Below are positions 1-9,510 of a DNA stretch of 64,000 nt, in pieces. The position numbers and the translations under genes are program-made. The stretch is from Synergistaceae bacterium. GTDB lineage: Bacteria; Synergistota; Synergistia; Synergistales; Synergistaceae. The stretch spans positions 26,120 to 90,119 of the forward strand of contig JAAYFQ010000105.1 in the NCBI GenBank assembly GCA_012728165.1. The letters are read 5' to 3'. The stretch's first letter is position 1, and each line of letters begins with the position of its first letter. Under the pieces are notes generated by a model, which was not told the origin of the DNA, did not search any database, and saw only the letters and a program-made list of their open reading frames with translations.

Positions 1-619
1 AGGTGGAGCACAAACAGTTGGAGTGGTAGTCGTTTTTGAGCAAGGATATCCAAACGTTTCTTTATATAGACGATTTAATATAAAAACTGTAGCTGATATA
101 GATGATTTTCGTTCAATTAAAGAAACTTTAACAAGGCGTTATGCTAGATGTCTTGAAGGACAAGAACCCTTGCCTCAGCTTATTGTAATTGACGGTGGAG
201 CAATACAGCTTAAATTTGCTATGGAGGCTCTAAAAGAACTAAATATAACTAATATTCCTATAATATCGATTGCTGAAAAATTTGAAGAAATTTATGTCCC
301 AAATGAAGTTGAACCGATTATTCTCGATGATTCTGATCCTGCCTTGAGGTTACTACTCTTTGTTAGAGATGAGTCACATAGATATGCGATAACATCACAT
401 CGGAGAAGAAGAGGCAAAAATTATAGAAGAAGTATACTGGAGGATGTTCCAGGTATAGGAAAAGCTAAAGCAGCTCAATTAATTACACGATTTGGCAGTG
501 CAAAAGCTATAATTAATGTATCAGAAAATGAACTTGCATCAACACCGGGAGTAGGTAAAGTACTAGCAAAAAGAATAATGAGCAAGTTAAAAGAAGAAAT
601 GCAGGAGGAGTTAGAATGA
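1..619 (+). CDS. uvrC: Excinuclease ABC subunit C, C-terminal part (5' end lies upstream of the window)
   Basis: The frame is open from the window edge. It has UvrC endonuclease-domain motifs (IDGGAIQL, HRYAITSHRRRR) followed by a helix-hairpin-helix region (DVPGIGKAKAAQLITRFGS). Confidence 0.85.
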   Translation, partial: GGAQTVGVVVVFEQGYPNVSLYRRFNIKTVADIDDFRSIKETLTRRYARCLEGQEPLPQLIVIDGGAIQLKFAMEALKELNITNIPIISIAEKFEEIYVPNEVEPIILDDSDPALRLLLFVRDESHRYAITSHRRRRGKNYRRSILEDVPGIGKAKAAQLITRFGSAKAIINVSENELASTPGVGKVLAKRIMSKLKEEMQEELE

Positions 620-1722
620 CTTCAACTGAACAAAAGAAGATAGATGAATTTTACATGAGAAAAACTCTTAGTCTAGCTCTTAGAGGAACTGGCACAACCA
701 GTCCAAACCCGAGAGTTGGTTGTGTTATCGTGCGTAATGGAGAGATAATCGGACGCGGTGCACATCTTATGTATGGTCAAGCTCATGCGGAAGTTAATGC
801 TGTACACGATGCAAAAGGCGATGTGAGAGGCTCTACTGTTTATGTTTCTTTAGAGCCATGTTCCCATCAAGGGAAGAATTCTTCGTGTGCCAAAATGCTT
901 ATTGAACATAAAGTTGCGAAGGTAGTTGTCGGGATTATCGATCCGAATCCGATAGTAAATACACGCGGGTTAACAATGTTAGAAAATGCTGGTATTGAAG
1001 TAGTAACCGGAGTTTTAGAAGAAGAGTCTCGTTGGTTGAACAGAGGATTTATTCGTTCAATGAGATTAAAGAGGCCATGGGTTACGCTTAAAATAGCAGC
1101 TTCTCTTGATGGTAATATAGCTCTCAAAGACGGCTCAAGCAAGTGGATTACAGGCCCTGAGTCTCGTGAAAAAGTTCATATACTTAGATCAGAAAACGAT
1201 GCTGTCTTAACTGGTAAAGGAACAATTCTTGCAGATGACCCTGAACTGACTGTTCGTGATACACAAGGCAGAACTCCAATCAGAGTTATTTTAGACAGGA
1301 AGCTAAATACTCCTCTTACCGCGAAGATTTTTGATGAAGGAAATTTAATTTTTTTTACAACGAAAGAAGCATCAGAAGAAAAAATACGAGCATTTAAAGA
1401 TAAAAACGTAAAAATTGTAAAATTAGATGTTCCGAAGGAAGAACAGATTTCTTTAATTTTACAGAAATTGAACGAATATGGTGTAAACTATCTACTAGTC
1501 GAATCCGGGGCAGGAGTAACAAGCTCATTTCTTTCATCGGGATTAGTTGATTCAATATCAATGTTTATTGCCCCAAAGTTCATGGGAAACGGTCTCCATT
1601 GTACTGAATATCTTTCTTTGCAAAATATGAAACAAGCAATAAAATTAAAACAACCTAAATATCATAAAGTTGGAGAAGATCTCTTAATAGAAGGAGTGCT
1701 CGAATGTTCACCGGAATTATAG
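616..1722 (+). CDS. ribD: Bifunctional riboflavin biosynthesis protein RibD (pyrimidine deaminase / uracil reductase)
   Basis: Has the CMP/dCMP deaminase zinc motif (HAEVNA ... LEPCSHQGK..SC) plus a C-terminal RibD reductase domain. AGGAGG lies upstream of the ATG, and the start overlaps the uvrC stop. Confidence 0.9.
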   Translation: MTSTEQKKIDEFYMRKTLSLALRGTGTTSPNPRVGCVIVRNGEIIGRGAHLMYGQAHAEVNAVHDAKGDVRGSTVYVSLEPCSHQGKNSSCAKMLIEHKVAKVVVGIIDPNPIVNTRGLTMLENAGIEVVTGVLEEESRWLNRGFIRSMRLKRPWVTLKIAASLDGNIALKDGSSKWITGPESREKVHILRSENDAVLTGKGTILADDPELTVRDTQGRTPIRVILDRKLNTPLTAKIFDEGNLIFFTTKEASEEKIRAFKDKNVKIVKLDVPKEEQISLILQKLNEYGVNYLLVESGAGVTSSFLSSGLVDSISMFIAPKFMGNGLHCTEYLSLQNMKQAIKLKQPKYHKVGEDLLIEGVLECSPEL

Positions 1723-2369
1723 AAACTGTTGGTACTGTCCTTTCTGTACAGCCAAAAACCGATGTTTTTTTGTTTAGTATATCTGCTCCTAAGATTTCTG
1801 GAGAACTTAAACTTGGGGATTCTGTTTCAATAGATGGAGCATGCAGTACTGTTACTAGGCAAGATTTATCGTCTTTTAGCGTTGAAATAATGAATGAAAC
1901 ACTTAATCGTACCAAATTTAGTAAGCTAAAGTCTGGTTCACGTGTTAATCTTGAACGTGCAATGCTTATTAATGCACGTCTTAATGGACATATTGTTACA
2001 GGGCATATAGATGAAACTGCTGTAGTTTTTAGTATAGAAGACTATGGGAAAACAAGAAAATATACTTTTTCTGCATCACCACAAATACTTTACGAAATTG
2101 TTCCTAAGGGCTCTATAGCTATTGATGGTATAAGTCTTACGGTTATTCATGTTGACGAAAACTCTTTTTCAGTGGGACTTATTCCAACAACACTTGCTGA
2201 TACAACAATTATTGCCCTTAACAAAGGAGATACTGTCAACATAGAAACGGATGTGTTGGGTAAGTATGTTATGAAATTTTTGAATATAAAACAATCACAA
2301 AAAAATTCAGGAGAAGAGATGAAAAGTTCTATGACATGGGATAAACTTAATAATTATGGTTGGACATAG
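1704..2369 (+). CDS. ribE: Riboflavin synthase alpha chain
   Basis: Canonical MFTGIIE N-terminus and two lumazine-binding repeats (SVSIDGACSTV / SIAIDGISLTV). Confidence 0.9.
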   Translation: MFTGIIETVGTVLSVQPKTDVFLFSISAPKISGELKLGDSVSIDGACSTVTRQDLSSFSVEIMNETLNRTKFSKLKSGSRVNLERAMLINARLNGHIVTGHIDETAVVFSIEDYGKTRKYTFSASPQILYEIVPKGSIAIDGISLTVIHVDENSFSVGLIPTTLADTTIIALNKGDTVNIETDVLGKYVMKFLNIKQSQKNSGEEMKSSMTWDKLNNYGWT

Positions 2370-2382
2370 GAGGAGTTGTTAC

Positions 2383-3618
2383 ATGTTTAACACAATAGAA
2401 GAAGCTATAGATGATATAAAGCAAGGCAAGATGATTATCGTTGTAGACGATGAGAACAGAGAAAATGAGGGAGATCTTGTTATGGCAGCGGAATGCTGTC
2501 AGACAGAGGATATAAATTTTATGGTTACGTATGCTAGAGGGCTTGTTTGCGTCCCGATAGGAATAGACCAAGCAAAAAAATTACAGTTAAGTTCAATGGT
2601 AGAACACAATACTGACTCATATGGTACGGACTTTGCTGTATCAGTCGATTACAGAAAAAGTAAAACTGGAATATCCGCTGCTGAACGAGCTGAAACGGCA
2701 AGAGCGCTTGCTAATGTTAAATCTAGTCCAGATGATTTTCGTAAACCAGGACATATCTTTCCTTTGATAGCGTGTCGTGGAGGGGTGTTAAAGAGAGCAG
2801 GACACACGGAAGCATCTGTTGACTTATCGCGCATGGCAGGCCTTGGTGAGACTGCTGTCATCTGCGAAATAATGAATGATGACGGAAGTATGGCGCGTCT
2901 TCCTCAACTTATAAAGTTTGCTAAACTACATAAGTTGAAGATAATCTCTATTGAAAGCCTTATAAAACATAGAGTTATCAGAGAGAAGTTTGTTGTTCGA
3001 GAGGCAACGGTCAAGTTGCCAACCAGATGGGGAAATTTTATTTGTCATGCGTACACGAGCCCCTACGGAGATAACCCAGAAGACGTACATTTGGCACTTG
3101 TTAAGGGAGAAGTTGCAGGAGAAAAAAACGTCTTGGTGCGTGTACACTCAGAGTGCCTTACAGGAGATCTTTTAGGGTCTCTTCGTTGTGACTGTGGTCC
3201 ACAGCTAAGTACGGCTATGCAAATGATTGAAAAAGCAGGATGTGGCGTTCTATTGTATATGAGACAAGAAGGGCGCGGGATAGGCTTGCTTTCTAAATTA
3301 AAGGCTTATGAACTTCAAGAAAAAGGGTTAGACACAGTGGAAGCTAACGTTGCTTTGGGTTTCCCGCCGGATTTAAGGGATTATGGAGTTGGAGCTCAGA
3401 TACTTGTTGATTTAGGACTAAAATGCTTTAAGTTACTAACTAATAATCCGGTAAAAATAACAGGGTTAGCTGGATATGGTCTGGAGATTTTAGAAAGAAT
3501 TCCTATTGAAATACTTCCAAACCAATATAATGAAAAGTATCTTAATACGAAGAGTTGTAAAATGGGTCATTTTCTTCATACTGCCCAAGCGACAGATGAA
3601 GAGCAAAATGATAAATAA
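2383..3618 (+). CDS. ribBA: Bifunctional 3,4-dihydroxy-2-butanone-4-phosphate synthase / GTP cyclohydrolase II
   Basis: DHBP synthase motifs (DDENRENEGDL, RAGHTEASVDL) and GTP cyclohydrolase II motifs (VRVHSECLTGD, CDCGPQL, GRGIGL). The start was moved to the ATG at 2383, 7 nt after AGGAGGAG. Confidence 0.9.
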   Translation: MFNTIEEAIDDIKQGKMIIVVDDENRENEGDLVMAAECCQTEDINFMVTYARGLVCVPIGIDQAKKLQLSSMVEHNTDSYGTDFAVSVDYRKSKTGISAAERAETARALANVKSSPDDFRKPGHIFPLIACRGGVLKRAGHTEASVDLSRMAGLGETAVICEIMNDDGSMARLPQLIKFAKLHKLKIISIESLIKHRVIREKFVVREATVKLPTRWGNFICHAYTSPYGDNPEDVHLALVKGEVAGEKNVLVRVHSECLTGDLLGSLRCDCGPQLSTAMQMIEKAGCGVLLYMRQEGRGIGLLSKLKAYELQEKGLDTVEANVALGFPPDLRDYGVGAQILVDLGLKCFKLLTNNPVKITGLAGYGLEILERIPIEILPNQYNEKYLNTKSCKMGHFLHTAQATDEEQNDK

Positions 3619-3656
3619 AGTTTATGATTATCAATAGTAAAAAAGGAGATGAAGTT

Positions 3657-4145
3657 ATGAGAATTATAGAAGGTAATATGATAGGAACGGGTCTTCGTTT
3701 TGCAATAATAGCTTCACGTTTTAATGAACTTATAACAAGCAAGTTAATCGAAGGAGCTAAAGACGCTCTTTCTCGACATGATGTGCGACATCAGGATGTG
3801 GATATATATTGGACGCCTGGTGCATGGGAGCAGCCGTTGGTAGCAAAAGAAATAGCATTAAGCGGCAAATATGATGCAATAATAGCGTTAGGTGCCGTTA
3901 TAAAAGGTGATACATCACACAACGAATATGTTGCTGGAGAAGCTTCAAAAGGACTTGCTATTGTTGCTTTAGAACACAGAATACCTGTAGGATTTGGCAT
4001 TATTACCTGTGACACACTCGAACAGGCTCTTATGAGATCAGGAAGTAAAGCTGGGAATAAGGGGGCAGAAACTGCTCTTGCAGCACTTGAAACTGCAAAT
4101 GTATTAAAAGAAGCACGTACTAAAAAGGAAAGCAAGGACGTATAA
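3657..4145 (+). CDS. ribH: 6,7-dimethyl-8-ribityllumazine synthase
   Basis: Lumazine synthase signature (FAIIASRFN, WTPGAWE.P, GAVIKGDTSH.EYV). The start was placed 8 nt after GGAG. Confidence 0.9.
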   Translation: MRIIEGNMIGTGLRFAIIASRFNELITSKLIEGAKDALSRHDVRHQDVDIYWTPGAWEQPLVAKEIALSGKYDAIIALGAVIKGDTSHNEYVAGEASKGLAIVALEHRIPVGFGIITCDTLEQALMRSGSKAGNKGAETALAALETANVLKEARTKKESKDV

Positions 4146-5428
4146 TGCTCGATCAGAAGTGGATTCGCGATCATATTGATGAAGTTACATCTATGCTTAA
4201 AAATAGAAATAATAGTAATTTTCCTCTAGATAAATTCATAGATCTTGACAAACAACGCAAGAAAATACTTCTTGAAGTTGAGGTTTTGAAGGAAAAACGC
4301 AATTCAGGTGCAAGAAAAGTTGGAATACTCAAACAAAATGGAGAAAACGCAGATGTTTTGATGGAAGAAATGAGACAACTTGGTAATGAGGTAAAGGTTC
4401 TTGATGATAAATCTTCAGTAATTCAGACTGAACTTGACGATCTTGCTCTTAGAATTCCAAATAAGATACATGAATCTGTTCCTGTCGGTGAAGACGAGAG
4501 TAAAAATATTGAAATCAGAAAATGGGGGACACCTAAAGTTTTTGATTTTGATCCTAAAACGCATTGGGATATAGGCGAGTCGCTTGGAATAATGGATTTC
4601 GAAAGAGGGGTTAAACTTGCTGAAAGCCGTTTTACTGTTCTTATAGGGCAGGGAGCTCGAGTAGCAAGAGGTTTGCTGAATTTCATGCTTGATCTTCACA
4701 CAATAAAGCATGGATTTACTGAAGTGATGCCACCGATACTTGTAAATACCAATACAATGATAGGGACAGGACAACTTCCAAAATTTGCTGAAGACCTTTA
4801 TCGTTGTGTTAATGACGATTTATGGTTGATTCCGACAGCAGAGGTTCCGCTTACCAATTTACATGCAGGGGAAATATTAAATTCTACTGATCTTCCTAAA
4901 TACATGTGTGCATATACCCCCTGTTTCCGTCGTGAAGCTGGCAGTTATGGACGCGATATGCGTGGAATGCTTCGTCAACACCAGTTCGATAAAGTTGAAA
5001 TGGTAAAAATTGTCACGCCCGAAACAAGTTATCAAGAATTAGAGCATCTAACAAAGTGTGCAGAAGAAGTTCTTCTTCTTCTTGAGATACCATATCGTGT
5101 GGTATGTCTTAGCTCTGGTGACATGGGATTTGGAGCAACAAAAACATATGATATAGAGGTTTGGCTCCCTAGTCAAAATTGTTATCGTGAAATCAGCTCA
5201 TGTAGTAATTGTGAAGATTTCCAAGCTCGAAGAATGGGAACAAAATATCGTGCAAAAGATGGAACAAAGTCACGATTTGTTCATACTTTGAATGGATCTG
5301 GAGTAGCTATAGGAAGATGTCTTATTGCTATTATTGAAAACTATCAGAATGAGGATGGTACTGTAACAATACCAAAGGCTTTGCGTCCATATGTAGGGGG
5401 ACTTGAAAAAATTAGCCAGATATTTTAA
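4145..5428 (+). CDS. serS: Seryl-tRNA synthetase
   Basis: N-terminal coiled-coil arm followed by class II aaRS motifs (FRREAGSYGRD, GSG.AIGR). The start overlaps the ribH stop as TAATG. Confidence 0.92.
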   Translation: MLDQKWIRDHIDEVTSMLKNRNNSNFPLDKFIDLDKQRKKILLEVEVLKEKRNSGARKVGILKQNGENADVLMEEMRQLGNEVKVLDDKSSVIQTELDDLALRIPNKIHESVPVGEDESKNIEIRKWGTPKVFDFDPKTHWDIGESLGIMDFERGVKLAESRFTVLIGQGARVARGLLNFMLDLHTIKHGFTEVMPPILVNTNTMIGTGQLPKFAEDLYRCVNDDLWLIPTAEVPLTNLHAGEILNSTDLPKYMCAYTPCFRREAGSYGRDMRGMLRQHQFDKVEMVKIVTPETSYQELEHLTKCAEEVLLLLEIPYRVVCLSSGDMGFGATKTYDIEVWLPSQNCYREISSCSNCEDFQARRMGTKYRAKDGTKSRFVHTLNGSGVAIGRCLIAIIENYQNEDGTVTIPKALRPYVGGLEKISQIF

Positions 5429-5480
5429 AACTGTTATAACTCTTTAAGGTAGTCTGAGTAAGTAATACGTAAGCTCTATT

Positions 5481-5489
5481 TGTTATAAT
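5481..5489 (+). promoter_or_regulatory. Putative extended -10 promoter (TGtTATAAT) for the membrane/TagA fusion gene
   Basis: TGTTATAAT lies 37 nt upstream of the SD-supported ATG at 5526. No clear -35 element. Confidence 0.4.
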
Positions 5490-5525
5490 ATTAATGAAAT
5501 TTTAATGAAATTGAGGACAGTATTT

Positions 5526-7259
5526 ATGCACTACGACGCCTATTTAACAAATATTGGCATGGTACTCATTGTCGCAGGCCTTTGTGTTTTTATACAAAAA
5601 TTTTTTAAAAAATATCTTGAGAGTGACCAATATTATTATTTAAAGGATATAACTTTGGTCGCTGCTTGGGCTCTTTGTGGAATTTGGGCTCCAGACGGGC
5701 CTCTAAAAGTAACTATAGCTGCAGGAGTTGTTGCAGCTTGTGTTGGTTTTTGCCAAAAAGTATCTAAAGGTAGAAATCTTCGTTTTCTTTATTTTCTTGT
5801 CGGGCTGGGATTTTCTCTCTTTGGCCCGCGTATTGCATTTGTTGAATTTTCACAAGGAGAATACTACTACTTATCATATTTTATTTCTATTGTTATAAGC
5901 ACTCTTTGGGTTGGCATATTTCCTATGTTTTTTCAAGAATTAGATGAAGTTCCTGGTATGGGTGGCCTTTTACTTACTGTTAGCTGGACTTTAATTTCAG
6001 CTGTTATTTTATTTTCTTCTTACAATCTTCACGATGCTTCTCAGATTTGCATAACAGGAATGATTTTTTTATTTGTTTTTTGGAATAGACACATACATCC
6101 TTATCGAAGATTAACAGAACCTTTAACGGCCTTGTGGGGGACACTTTTTGCAGGAATATCTATATTTGGAGTAAGTAAAGGAATTACTTTTTACAATCTT
6201 GCGTTTTTACCGCTTGGCTTTTTTGCTCTGCCTATTTTAGAAACTTTATTAAGTGTCGTTAGTGCTTCAGTTTCTATAAATCCAACAGGTAATTTTATAT
6301 TCTACAGAAAACTAATCAAATCCAATAAAGATCATGTCAGTAGTCTCTGTATTATTTCTAGAATATGTTGCACAACAGCAATAGTTGTTGCTTTAATTCA
6401 ATTTGAACTCTACATTTTGTTTTTAGTAATTATTTCAAGTGCAACAATTCTGGCTACCACATGCATCTATCTTAAATTAAAATATAACGCCACAATAAAA
6501 GAATATAATAGGCGTCCACATATCTGGGGCATAAATGTTGACAATATATCTCTTAATTACGCGATAACTCAAGTACAACACTGGATAACTTCGAATAGTA
6601 TCCCTCAAATAATAGTAACTCCTGATGCTCTAGCTGCACTCAGAAGTAGAAAAGATAAAAGATATCGAAATATTGTAAAAAAAGCGGGACTTGTCTTACC
6701 AGATGGCGCTGGTCTTATAGCAGCCCTTAAACTTCTTGGAAGTCCAATACAAGAAAGAATTCCTGGATGTGAATTTACAGAACACCTTTGTCAGCGTGCA
6801 GCATACGAAGGATGGAGCATATGGCTTCTTGGAGGCGAACCAGGGATAGCGGAGAAAACTGGACAAATTTTGTCAGATAAATATCCCGGATTAATTATAG
6901 CTGGGACACATAACGGATTTTTTAAAAAGGAAGATACTTCGGAGATTTGTAAAAAAATAGCCAATAGCGGAGCGAAAATACTTTTTGTAGGCTTTGGTGT
7001 TCCTAAACAAGAATACTGGCTTGATTCATGGCTTCTTGATACCAAGGCAACAGTTGGGATGGGTATCGGTGGGACAATGGATATCATAGCAGGCAAATTA
7101 ACAAGAGCACCAAAGCTATGGCAAAAAATTGGCATGGAGTGGCTATATCGAATCATTCAGGAACCCTGGCGTTGGAAACGAGTGTTAAAGCTACCAATAT
7201 TTGTGTTCTATGTGTTTTTAACAGCTTTTCATATAGATCGTTATAAAGATGAAGATTGA
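5526..7259 (+). CDS. Fusion protein: N-terminal polytopic membrane domain (degenerate WecA/TagO-like) plus C-terminal WecG/TagA/CpsF-family N-acetylmannosaminyltransferase
   Basis: The C-terminal ~240 aa carry WecG/TagA hallmarks (LVLPDGAGL, FVGFGVPKQEYW, MGIGGTMDIIAG..RAPK.W...G.EWLYR). The N-terminal ~330 aa are strongly hydrophobic with many predicted TM segments. The start was chosen at 5526 (GAGGA, 8 nt, ATG). Confidence 0.8.
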   Translation: MHYDAYLTNIGMVLIVAGLCVFIQKFFKKYLESDQYYYLKDITLVAAWALCGIWAPDGPLKVTIAAGVVAACVGFCQKVSKGRNLRFLYFLVGLGFSLFGPRIAFVEFSQGEYYYLSYFISIVISTLWVGIFPMFFQELDEVPGMGGLLLTVSWTLISAVILFSSYNLHDASQICITGMIFLFVFWNRHIHPYRRLTEPLTALWGTLFAGISIFGVSKGITFYNLAFLPLGFFALPILETLLSVVSASVSINPTGNFIFYRKLIKSNKDHVSSLCIISRICCTTAIVVALIQFELYILFLVIISSATILATTCIYLKLKYNATIKEYNRRPHIWGINVDNISLNYAITQVQHWITSNSIPQIIVTPDALAALRSRKDKRYRNIVKKAGLVLPDGAGLIAALKLLGSPIQERIPGCEFTEHLCQRAAYEGWSIWLLGGEPGIAEKTGQILSDKYPGLIIAGTHNGFFKKEDTSEICKKIANSGAKILFVGFGVPKQEYWLDSWLLDTKATVGMGIGGTMDIIAGKLTRAPKLWQKIGMEWLYRIIQEPWRWKRVLKLPIFVFYVFLTAFHIDRYKDED

Positions 7260-7367
7260 AATTATTATTAAATACTTAAGTAATAATTGCTTGTAAAAGA
7301 GACATTAAAGTTGTAATTTAAATGTTATTTGTCAGATTATCTATTTAAATGAAAGGATGAATTTGTT

Positions 7368-7679
7368 ATGAACATGGATAAACTATTAAAACAAGCTCAA
7401 AAAATGCAAGCTCAAATGTCAATTGCAAAAGAAGATCTTGCTAAAACAATTATAGAAGGTGAAGCGGGCGGCGGAGTAGTAAAAGCTAAAGTTAATGGAA
7501 ATGGTGAAGTATTGTCAATATCGATTTCACCTGAGGTAGTAAATCCTAATGATGTTGATATGCTTGAAGATCTTATTCTTAGCGCCTTGAAAGAAGCTTT
7601 TTCGAAAAGTAAGGATGTTGCGGATAAAAGTATGAGTTCAATAACTGGCGGCATGGGTAGAAATCCCGGATGGATCTAG
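7368..7679 (+). CDS. ybaB: Nucleoid-associated protein YbaB/EbfC
   Basis: About 100 aa with the typical MNMDKLLKQAQKMQ..M N-terminus. It lies immediately upstream of recR, which is conserved synteny. Confidence 0.88.
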   Translation: MNMDKLLKQAQKMQAQMSIAKEDLAKTIIEGEAGGGVVKAKVNGNGEVLSISISPEVVNPNDVDMLEDLILSALKEAFSKSKDVADKSMSSITGGMGRNPGWI

Positions 7680-7692
7680 GGAACATATAATC

Positions 7693-8292
7693 TTGTTATT
7701 GCCAAATTCGGTACAAAAGCTAATAAAACTTTGGAGTAAACTTCCTGGAATAGGCGAAAAGTCTTCTAGACGAATGGTTTTTTATGTTTTACGACAAGAC
7801 ACTGCTTGGATAAAAGACTTCGCATCTGCTCTAACAAAACTTGCAGATGAAGTGCATCATTGTTCTGAGTGTGGCAACATAACAGACACTGATCCATGCT
7901 CACTTTGTCGCGATACAATGAGAAACAGGAAAAAAATTTGTGTTGTAGAAACAGATGAAGATTGTGTCGCAATAGAACAAGCAGGAATTTTTAACGGGCT
8001 TTACCACGTTCTGGGTGGGCAACTTTCTCCTTTGGATGACAAAGAAATTCCGCAAGAAAGTTTAGATAGACTCCGCAGAAGAATTACTGAACTTAGAGTA
8101 GAAGAATTAATCTTAGCAACGTCGCCAAGAATTGAAGGTGATTTAACTGCATATGCTATACAGGACACGTTAAAAGATTTGCCCGTGAAAATATCCAGAC
8201 TTTCTTACGGTCTGCCAGTTGGAGGAAGTATAGGTTTTGCTGATAGAGTAACTTTACATATGGCATTAGAATCAAGACAAGAAATGTTATAA
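7693..8292 (+). CDS. recR: Recombination protein RecR
   Basis: HhH (LPGIGEKSSRR), C4 zinc finger (CSECGN...CSLC) and Toprim region (ICVVE..D). TTG start. Confidence 0.9.
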   Translation: MLLPNSVQKLIKLWSKLPGIGEKSSRRMVFYVLRQDTAWIKDFASALTKLADEVHHCSECGNITDTDPCSLCRDTMRNRKKICVVETDEDCVAIEQAGIFNGLYHVLGGQLSPLDDKEIPQESLDRLRRRITELRVEELILATSPRIEGDLTAYAIQDTLKDLPVKISRLSYGLPVGGSIGFADRVTLHMALESRQEML

Positions 8293-8345
8293 ACATTATA
8301 TGACTTTATAAAAACATGTTATTTACAAAGAAAGGAGAATTTATT

Positions 8346-9503
8346 ATGACGGAATTAGGGCTCTCTGGAATCATGAAAAAGCTAGTACGTGCAGTTATGG
8401 TTTTTATTTGCGGAGTAGCAGGATATCAAATTTCTAAAGTTGTAAAAGTTGAAAACTTATTGCCTTCTGTTACATCGATACATCCTATAGCATTTACTGT
8501 TTTTATTATAATTTTAACAGCATGCCTAGGTTTTATACTCGCTCCTATTTTCTGGTTATGTATAGTTAAGTTTTACAGATTTGTTGAAACAAGATTAGAA
8601 CAAACAAGTCTTTCTGAGCTTTTGGTAAGTTTACTTGGATTAATAATAGGGCTTCTTTTAGCAAACCTTATGGCACTTCCTGTTTCAAGAGTTCCCGGAG
8701 GAGTCGGCGTTTATATCTCGGTCTTACTTAATGTCGCTTTTGGCTACATTGGATTACGTTTTTTTTCGAAACGGAGTAGTGATTTTATAAATTTTCTTTC
8801 AAATATTGGAGACAAAAAAACCAAGTTACCTAAAACGAGAAAGAAAATCATCGGAGAAAATTTATCCAATGAAGAAAATTATTTTCCCAATGACGTTTCT
8901 TATTCTTTGCCTAAAATCCTTGATACAAGCGCAATAATTGATGGAAGAATTCTTGATGTAGCTCAAACGGGTTTTCTTGAAGGCAGCATTGTCCTTCCAA
9001 GGTTTATACTTGCAGAATTGCAAGGAGTTGCAGACTCAACGGATCCGCTTCGCAGAACAAAGGGTAGAAGAGGAATGACTGTTGTTACGGAACTACAAAA
9101 GTTAAAAACATTAAGTATTGAAATACCAGAAACGACATTAAAAGATCTTGGACGGGACAACGTTGATGAAGCTCTGGTGGTTTTGGCCAGAAGAATAAAC
9201 GGAAAAGTAATAACCACTGATTATAATCTTAATCAAATAGCTCAAATAGAAGGCGTATCTGTTCTCAACGTAAATGATCTGGCTAATTCTCTTAAACCGA
9301 TGTTGCTACCAGGTGAAAATGTTGAGATAGAGATTATAAGAATAGGCAAAGAAAGTCATCAAGGAATAGGCTATCTTGATGATGGAACAATGTTAGTAGT
9401 TGAAGACGGCTATAAATCTATAGGTGAAAAAGTAAAAGTTACAGTTACCTCTATGCTACAAACATCCGCCGGTAGAATGGTATTTGGCCGTATTAGAGCC
9501 TAA
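8346..9503 (+). CDS. yacL: Membrane-anchored PIN/TRAM domain protein (YacL-like)
   Basis: N-terminal TM helices, a PIN-like core (ILDTSAIIDGRI ... ITTDYNL) and a C-terminal TRAM-like beta domain (GEKVKVTVTS). It sits upstream of ispD/F, as in Bacillus. Start is GGAG, 8 nt, ATG. Confidence 0.75.
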   Translation: MTELGLSGIMKKLVRAVMVFICGVAGYQISKVVKVENLLPSVTSIHPIAFTVFIIILTACLGFILAPIFWLCIVKFYRFVETRLEQTSLSELLVSLLGLIIGLLLANLMALPVSRVPGGVGVYISVLLNVAFGYIGLRFFSKRSSDFINFLSNIGDKKTKLPKTRKKIIGENLSNEENYFPNDVSYSLPKILDTSAIIDGRILDVAQTGFLEGSIVLPRFILAELQGVADSTDPLRRTKGRRGMTVVTELQKLKTLSIEIPETTLKDLGRDNVDEALVVLARRINGKVITTDYNLNQIAQIEGVSVLNVNDLANSLKPMLLPGENVEIEIIRIGKESHQGIGYLDDGTMLVVEDGYKSIGEKVKVTVTSMLQTSAGRMVFGRIRA

Positions 9504-9510
9504 TTTGCAC

